64,000 nt of DNA from Rubripirellula sp. Lineage in GTDB: Bacteria; Planctomycetota; Planctomycetia; Pirellulales; Pirellulaceae. Of this stretch, positions 58,723 to 64,000 are shown piece after piece (within the stretch, counting starts at the first letter, position 1; every line of letters starts with the position of its first letter). Location: contig JAAXIK010000289.1 of the NCBI GenBank assembly GCA_012270385.1, positions 17,248 through 81,247 on the forward strand. The letters are read 5' to 3'. A program made the position numbers and the translations under genes. The notes under the pieces are model-generated. The model worked only from the letters and a program-made list of their open reading frames with translations, ran no database searches and was not told where the DNA came from.

Positions 58723-61215
58723 CTAATCTTCGAATGTAACCTGCACCTCGATAATCCCAACCGCAGTCCCATCGCGGGGATGGACATTGATTCGAATTGC
58801 GTCACACTGAGTAGGAGCTGCTGGGTGAACCACATTGAACTGATTAGCACGCGTATCATACCGATCGGTTGTATAAAGCTCGAAGGGTTTCCATTGCCCA
58901 TTCTTTCGGACTTCCAGATCCCATTCTTCAGGGAGACGGACATCCCCCTGCCAGCGATCCATCCAAAAGACTCCAACACTACGTAATGAGCGTAGCCGAT
59001 CGAATTGGCCGATGACCCATTGTTCTTCGCCAGGCTTTCCACGACTCGTCCAACGAGAAACCTGGTTACCACTCGACCACTCATCCACCTCACCGTCACC
59101 GATGGCATTGACGGTATCCTCTTGAGCAGTGTGTGAGGCCGTAATCTCTGCAAATACACTTTCCTTAGGTAACACGTGTGGATCGAAGACACTGAGCTCC
59201 TTATCCCTCGGGAACCAAACCGTCATCGATGAGATTCCCCGATTGTTCCATGCATAATATGGCGTGAGCTTTAACATATGGTTGACGGTTTCTCCATCAG
59301 AGGTCAAAGCCTGTACTGGAACCTCTGTCTGGAAAAAAAATCCATGATCCAATTCTGTTGGTGTTGTTATCAACTTAGACAACCGGGGAAGTTGATTTAC
59401 AAAGAACCTCTGCGTCGGGCCTCCATTATCAATTCCTTCAGCACACATGACGAATGGCCCGCGGGTGAAAGCAATTCGGTTTTTGTTCGCTTCAACTAAA
59501 GGATGGCATTCTGTCACCCGTATCGGCATGGGCAGGTTGATTGCGATTTGATCACCCACATGCCATTCGCGGTCTATAGCAATAAATCCTTTATCCAGTT
59601 TTAAAGATACTTCCTCGCCATTGACTGTGACTTGAACGAACTCTTTGCTCTCATCGATATATCGATATAAAGATCCAGGAACAAACTGTTGGCGTGTCCA
59701 AGTTGGAATACGAAGCCACAAACGAAAATGCTTTGGCTGTGCTGGATGAACTGTCAAATCGATTTTACCGTTTCTTGGATAATCGGTCTTCTGTTGGATA
59801 CCCACCATTACTCCCCCTAACTCAACTTCCGTGCTGCTGTTGGCATAAAAAGTAAGGTAGAGATCATCCTCATCGTGTGCGTACATCATCCCGGGAACTT
59901 GGGGCAGTAGCCTTGCCATATTGGATGGGCAGCAAGCGGTCCCAAACCACGGAGCACGGCCTGCTGTCCCATGATTAAAAGGATACTTGCCATCTGCTTC
60001 GAGTGGATTGACGTAAAAAAATCGGTTTCCCTCGAAGTTGACCGCGGCAAGGACATTATTCAACAGAGCCACTTCTGCAACATCCAGGTACTTTGCATCT
60101 TTATGCAAAAGAAACATACGATAGTTGAGAAGTACATTTCCCACCGCAGCACACGTTTCATTGAATGCGTCTGCATTGGGTAGCTCATACTCTGGTCCAA
60201 AGCCCTCAATCCCGTGAACCGCTCCCAGTCCCCCCGTAAGATGCATGCGAGTATCGGTGATATTCTTCCAGATCTTATCCAACGCATTACCGTAAGCTGT
60301 TTCACCGGTGAGTGTTCCGATGTCAGCCATCGCCGAATATTGATAGGTGGCTCGAACAGCGTGACCCACCGCTTTCTCCTGCTCGATAACTGGTGCATGC
60401 TGTTGAGCGTATGTGGGGGACATCACGCCCTCACCGTCAGGAACATAGGTCACACCTCGTATCTCCAAAAACTTGCGTGCCATGTCCAAGTAGAGTCGAT
60501 TACCCGTCACTCGATACAGCTTTACTAACGCTAGCTCTAATTCTTGGTGCCCAGTCGCCTGAAGAATGGGTTTCCCGTCGTTGTAATTCGGATCACCCTC
60601 GAAGATAACTCGGTTAATATGATTTGCACTCTTCTCGGCCACCTTCAGGAGCTTATCTTTCCCCGTTGCCTGATAATAGGCAACCGCAGCCTCATACAAA
60701 TGACCTACGTTGTAGAGTTCATGGCTGTGAACGATAAAGGCATAAGGCTTATCACCCATCATATCCTTCTCGGTTCCCACACCCGTAGTGTGAGAGGGAT
60801 AAAGGTAGCCATCTTTGTGCTGAGCTAATGCCACCAGGTCGGCTAACTCATCAAGTTGATTCTCAAGATCGGGATCACGTCGTAGTTGAAGCAGGTAGGC
60901 TGCGCCCTCCATAACTTTATACAGATCCGAATCAATAAAACGATGTGGTCGGTGATCCTCGACAGGCTTCCCCGCAAGATAGTCGCGGGCTGCCCGCAAA
61001 TGCTCAACACCAGATTGAGTTCGCTCAAAGGCAAAAGGTACAAGGGTCTTACGTTGTGTTTCGAGCCGAGGTCTCCAAAAGCTACTGGTCAACTCTACGT
61101 CACTGAAGGAGACGGGTTTGAGTGGGTAATCTGCAAAAGTTGCAGAGCCGGTCAATAACAACCAAGCGATTGGTAACCATTGTCTGGAAATCACGGGGAG
61201 AAACCGTTGTATCAT
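58723..61215 (-). CDS. Glycoside hydrolase family 127 protein with C-terminal beta-sandwich domain
   Basis: DSDLYK..EG, HELYNVGH, GHQELELAL, GHAVRA, ETCAAVG, FFYVNPL, CCPSN and RGPFVMCAE (Zn-Cys3/Glu GH127 signature); signal peptide. Confidence 0.93.
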   Translation of the reverse strand: MIQRFLPVISRQWLPIAWLLLTGSATFADYPLKPVSFSDVELTSSFWRPRLETQRKTLVPFAFERTQSGVEHLRAARDYLAGKPVEDHRPHRFIDSDLYKVMEGAAYLLQLRRDPDLENQLDELADLVALAQHKDGYLYPSHTTGVGTEKDMMGDKPYAFIVHSHELYNVGHLYEAAVAYYQATGKDKLLKVAEKSANHINRVIFEGDPNYNDGKPILQATGHQELELALVKLYRVTGNRLYLDMARKFLEIRGVTYVPDGEGVMSPTYAQQHAPVIEQEKAVGHAVRATYQYSAMADIGTLTGETAYGNALDKIWKNITDTRMHLTGGLGAVHGIEGFGPEYELPNADAFNETCAAVGNVLLNYRMFLLHKDAKYLDVAEVALLNNVLAAVNFEGNRFFYVNPLEADGKYPFNHGTAGRAPWFGTACCPSNMARLLPQVPGMMYAHDEDDLYLTFYANSSTEVELGGVMVGIQQKTDYPRNGKIDLTVHPAQPKHFRLWLRIPTWTRQQFVPGSLYRYIDESKEFVQVTVNGEEVSLKLDKGFIAIDREWHVGDQIAINLPMPIRVTECHPLVEANKNRIAFTRGPFVMCAEGIDNGGPTQRFFVNQLPRLSKLITTPTELDHGFFFQTEVPVQALTSDGETVNHMLKLTPYYAWNNRGISSMTVWFPRDKELSVFDPHVLPKESVFAEITASHTAQEDTVNAIGDGEVDEWSSGNQVSRWTSRGKPGEEQWVIGQFDRLRSLRSVGVFWMDRWQGDVRLPEEWDLEVRKNGQWKPFELYTTDRYDTRANQFNVVHPAAPTQCDAIRINVHPRDGTAVGIIEVQVTFED

Positions 61216-61427
61216 GGGTGAAATAGGTCCCTGAACGAAAACGTAAGGAACAGGTAAAGATCTTTTTTCGTGCCGAGATGACGATTGACAATTCCAGTTG
61301 AATTCCTGTCCTTCAGAACAACCGTCAGGCCGCAGCGTTCACTATCATAGCTCGTGTCATAACCAAATATCCAAAATGGTTGACGCAAAATACACAATGC
61401 TCTTGAATCAACCCAATCGGGGTAGAA

Positions 61428-62954
61428 ATGGTGACTATTCAGCTGCGCAAAAAGTTCACACTCATCCATTTATTATTACTTTCAGGAATCTGGCCCGCGG
61501 CTCATTTACAAGCTGAAAGTCGCCCCAACATCTTGTTCTGCATTTCAGATGATCAATCTTATATACATACGTCGGCGAACGGTGATCCGGTTGTCCAGAC
61601 TCCGGCTTTTGATCGCGTTGCACGAGAAGGCTTACGATTCACACATGCTTTTTGTGATGCACCTACATGTGGTCCATCCAGATCAGCCATTCTCACTGGT
61701 CAGCCTATTTGGCGTCTCGAGGAAGCTGGGAATATCCACAGCACACTCCCCGCAAAATTTGCGACCTACACCAATCGATTAGAAAGCGCTGGATACTTAG
61801 TCGGATACACCGGTAAGGGTTGGAGCCCCGGGCGATTAGAACCTGGGGGCCGAACACAGAATCCTGCTGGAAAGATTTTCGACAACCGATACAAGAAGCC
61901 GCCATTCAAAGCGATGAGCCATGCCGACTACGCTGGAAACTTTGAAGACTTTCTTGCCGATCTTCAAGACGATCAACCGTTCTGTTTCTGGTTGGGAACT
62001 TATGAATCACACCGTGCGTTTCAACCAGGCATTGGCAAGCTGACTGGAAAAAATCCAGATGCAGTGAACGTCCCCGCCATCTTTCCCGATCACTCTGTCG
62101 TCCGAAATGATCTATTGGATTATCTCGTCGAGGTGGAACACTTTGACTCCGTTGTAGCACAGGCCATCGATGCCATCGACGCACGGGGTGAGCTGGACAA
62201 CACGATTATTGTCATCACCAGTGATCATGGAATGCCATTCCCGCGTGCGAAAGCGAGTCTCTATGACGCGGGATCTCGGGTTCCTCTTGCGATTCGCTGG
62301 CCAAACGGGATAGAAAAACCGGGAAGGGTCATTAACTCGTTTGTGAACTTAAGCGATCTAGCACCAACCTTCTTAGAGGCTGCCCATCTGGATAAGCCTC
62401 CATCCATGACAGCGCAAAGTATCATTCACCTTTTTAATGATCCTAGTGCTCGTCATCGTGATGCAGCCTTTATCGCCATGGAACGACATGATGGTTGCCG
62501 GCAAGGTGGAAAGGGTTATCCATGTCGAGCTATTCGAACCGAAAACTATCTCTACATACATAACTTCGAGCCATCACGATGGCCGTCCGGTTCCCCGGAT
62601 CCGACGGTATGCGCGCGAGCGATTCCGTTCGGAGAAATTGACTCATCACCGACAAAAACCTTCATGATGAGCCACCGAAATGAGCACGGTAACGCAAGAC
62701 TTGCTGAACTAGCATTTGGAATGCGTCCAGCAGAAGAACTTTACGACATCAGAACCGATCCTGATCAAATGAATAATCTTGCGGGTCGAATGGATGTGAA
62801 GGAAGTTCAATATGCGCTTCAACAACAACTTTTTGAGTATCTAAAAAGCACTGATGATCCTCGTGTGGTTGGCGGGGATATCCTCTGGGATTACTACCCT
62901 TACTACGGCAAGGTAACCACGAAGGGCTGGCAGGTTGACCCAAGGCCTGAATGA
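61428..62954 (+). CDS. Sulfatase (S1, N-sulfoglucosamine sulfohydrolase-like), paralog of 30492..32096
   Basis: RPNILFCISDDQ, CGPSRSAILTG, SDHGMPFPRAK, MERH, YPCRAIRT, RPAEELYD, DDPRV. Confidence 0.94.
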   Translation: MVTIQLRKKFTLIHLLLLSGIWPAAHLQAESRPNILFCISDDQSYIHTSANGDPVVQTPAFDRVAREGLRFTHAFCDAPTCGPSRSAILTGQPIWRLEEAGNIHSTLPAKFATYTNRLESAGYLVGYTGKGWSPGRLEPGGRTQNPAGKIFDNRYKKPPFKAMSHADYAGNFEDFLADLQDDQPFCFWLGTYESHRAFQPGIGKLTGKNPDAVNVPAIFPDHSVVRNDLLDYLVEVEHFDSVVAQAIDAIDARGELDNTIIVITSDHGMPFPRAKASLYDAGSRVPLAIRWPNGIEKPGRVINSFVNLSDLAPTFLEAAHLDKPPSMTAQSIIHLFNDPSARHRDAAFIAMERHDGCRQGGKGYPCRAIRTENYLYIHNFEPSRWPSGSPDPTVCARAIPFGEIDSSPTKTFMMSHRNEHGNARLAELAFGMRPAEELYDIRTDPDQMNNLAGRMDVKEVQYALQQQLFEYLKSTDDPRVVGGDILWDYYPYYGKVTTKGWQVDPRPE

Positions 62955-63096
62955 GAGATCCTAGTCGGCGATCGGAGCAACCGATGCCGTGATCTTTGAT
63001 TCGCGGGGGTCATCGGATAATCACGGTTTCCTATTTCACAATAGCATCCAAATAAAATGAAATGAAGAAACAAGAAGAATGCAAGCGGAGCACTGC

Positions 63097-64000
63097 ATGA
63101 CACGAAGAATGAGCATCACATTAGGTCTGTTTTTAGCTTGTACATTACACGCGATGGCTCAAAACCAATGGCTTTCGCTAAAAGGGACGAACGGAATAGG
63201 TAGCGGCCAGCACGTTGTCTTTATCACGGGAGAAGAATACTACAGATCCGAAGAAGCGATGAGTATGTTTGCTCGGATCCTCTCCCAGAAGTATGGTTAC
63301 AAGTGCAGTGTTCTTTTTTCGATCGATAAAGTAACGGGCACCATCAATCCCAATCAGAGGAATCATATTCCGGGGCTGCACTTGCTGGAGGATGCAGATT
63401 TAATGGTTATATTTGCTCGGTTCAGAGAACTGCCAGATTCTGAGATGAAATACATCGTCGACTACGTTAACGATGGGAGACCTGTGATCGGAGTGAGAAA
63501 TGCTACTCATGCTTTTCGTTATCAAGCGGATTCACCAAGTCTATACACCTCTTGGGACTGGCACAGCACACGATGGCCCGGTGGATTTGGGCAGCAGATT
63601 CTTGGTGACACATGGGTAAGTCACTACGGAAAATTTCAACAGGAAGCCACACTCGCGCACATCAATTCGGTCCACCGCAACCATCCCGTAATGCAGGGTG
63701 TAAAAGATAAAATATTCATCCGGACAGATGTGAATGGTGTGAATCAACTTGGACCCGAAGACAAGATCCTACTTCGAGGACAAGTTCTGTCAGGGCGCAC
63801 ACCAGAATCCTCTCCGGTAACTGACGAACGGAAAGACACCCGCATGCCGTTGGCTTGGTTTCGCAGCTACAAAGCTCAGTCAGGAAAAACGGGACGTGCC
63901 TTTTGCACGACAAGTGGTGCATCAGTCGACTGGCTGAGTGAAGATTTGCGTCGGCTGATGGTTAACGTCATCTTTGACCTGACCGGGCATACTCATGAGA
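63097..64000 (+). CDS. ThuA-like (class I glutamine amidotransferase-like fold) exported protein, 3'-partial
   Basis: Absent from the ORF track because it runs off the window. My translation gives MTRRMSITLGLFLACTLHAMAQ...HVVFITGEEYYRSEE...PVIGVRNATHAF...GGFGQQILGDTWVSHYG...RAFCTTSGAS. Confidence 0.85.
   Translation, partial: MTRRMSITLGLFLACTLHAMAQNQWLSLKGTNGIGSGQHVVFITGEEYYRSEEAMSMFARILSQKYGYKCSVLFSIDKVTGTINPNQRNHIPGLHLLEDADLMVIFARFRELPDSEMKYIVDYVNDGRPVIGVRNATHAFRYQADSPSLYTSWDWHSTRWPGGFGQQILGDTWVSHYGKFQQEATLAHINSVHRNHPVMQGVKDKIFIRTDVNGVNQLGPEDKILLRGQVLSGRTPESSPVTDERKDTRMPLAWFRSYKAQSGKTGRAFCTTSGASVDWLSEDLRRLMVNVIFDLTGHTHE

Noticed and set aside
58707-59192. Short overlapping or antisense ORFs in the six-frame track (for example 58707..59192, 13415..13894, 27700..28116, 3911..4312)
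   Set aside because: They lie within well-supported genes, have no recognisable motifs, and are of a length expected by chance.
1-64000. CRISPR arrays, tRNA/rRNA, IS elements, integrases, prophage
   Set aside because: I saw no spaced direct repeats, RNA-gene signatures, or transposase, integrase or phage motifs. Similarity among paralogs is at the protein-motif level only. This was read by eye, so short RNAs could be missed.

Overview
Gene-dense region, most likely from a marine Planctomycetota (Pirellulales-like) genome; the taxon is inferred from the PVC-typical gene families. It encodes almost only exported proteins that appear aimed at sulfated or acetylated glycans. These are 11 Cys-type (formylglycine-dependent) sulfatases, a GH127 glycosidase, two SGNH-type esterases (one fused to a beta-lactamase-fold serine hydrolase), a Tat-exported PhoD-like phosphatase, two 'PmoA'/DUF6807 proteins, two paralogous PQQ-type beta-propellers, a DUF1080 + heme-c dehydrogenase-like protein, a YHYH protein and a partial ThuA-like protein. 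Interspersed are five two-gene 'cytochrome c + Tat-exported partner' modules: four DUF1592-family/DUF1552 pairs and one PSD1(DUF1553)/DUF1501 pair, several with swapped lectin-like or helical inserts. I recognised no transporter, TonB/SusCD pair, regulator, sulfatase-maturing enzyme, housekeeping gene, RNA gene, CRISPR array or mobile element. One DUF1592-family gene is broken by a single in-frame TAA, and one sulfatase probably has a premature TAA near its C-terminus. A cytoplasmic PP-loop/Zn (QueC/MurL-like fold) gene is an outlier. All family assignments are by eye from motifs; no searches were run.
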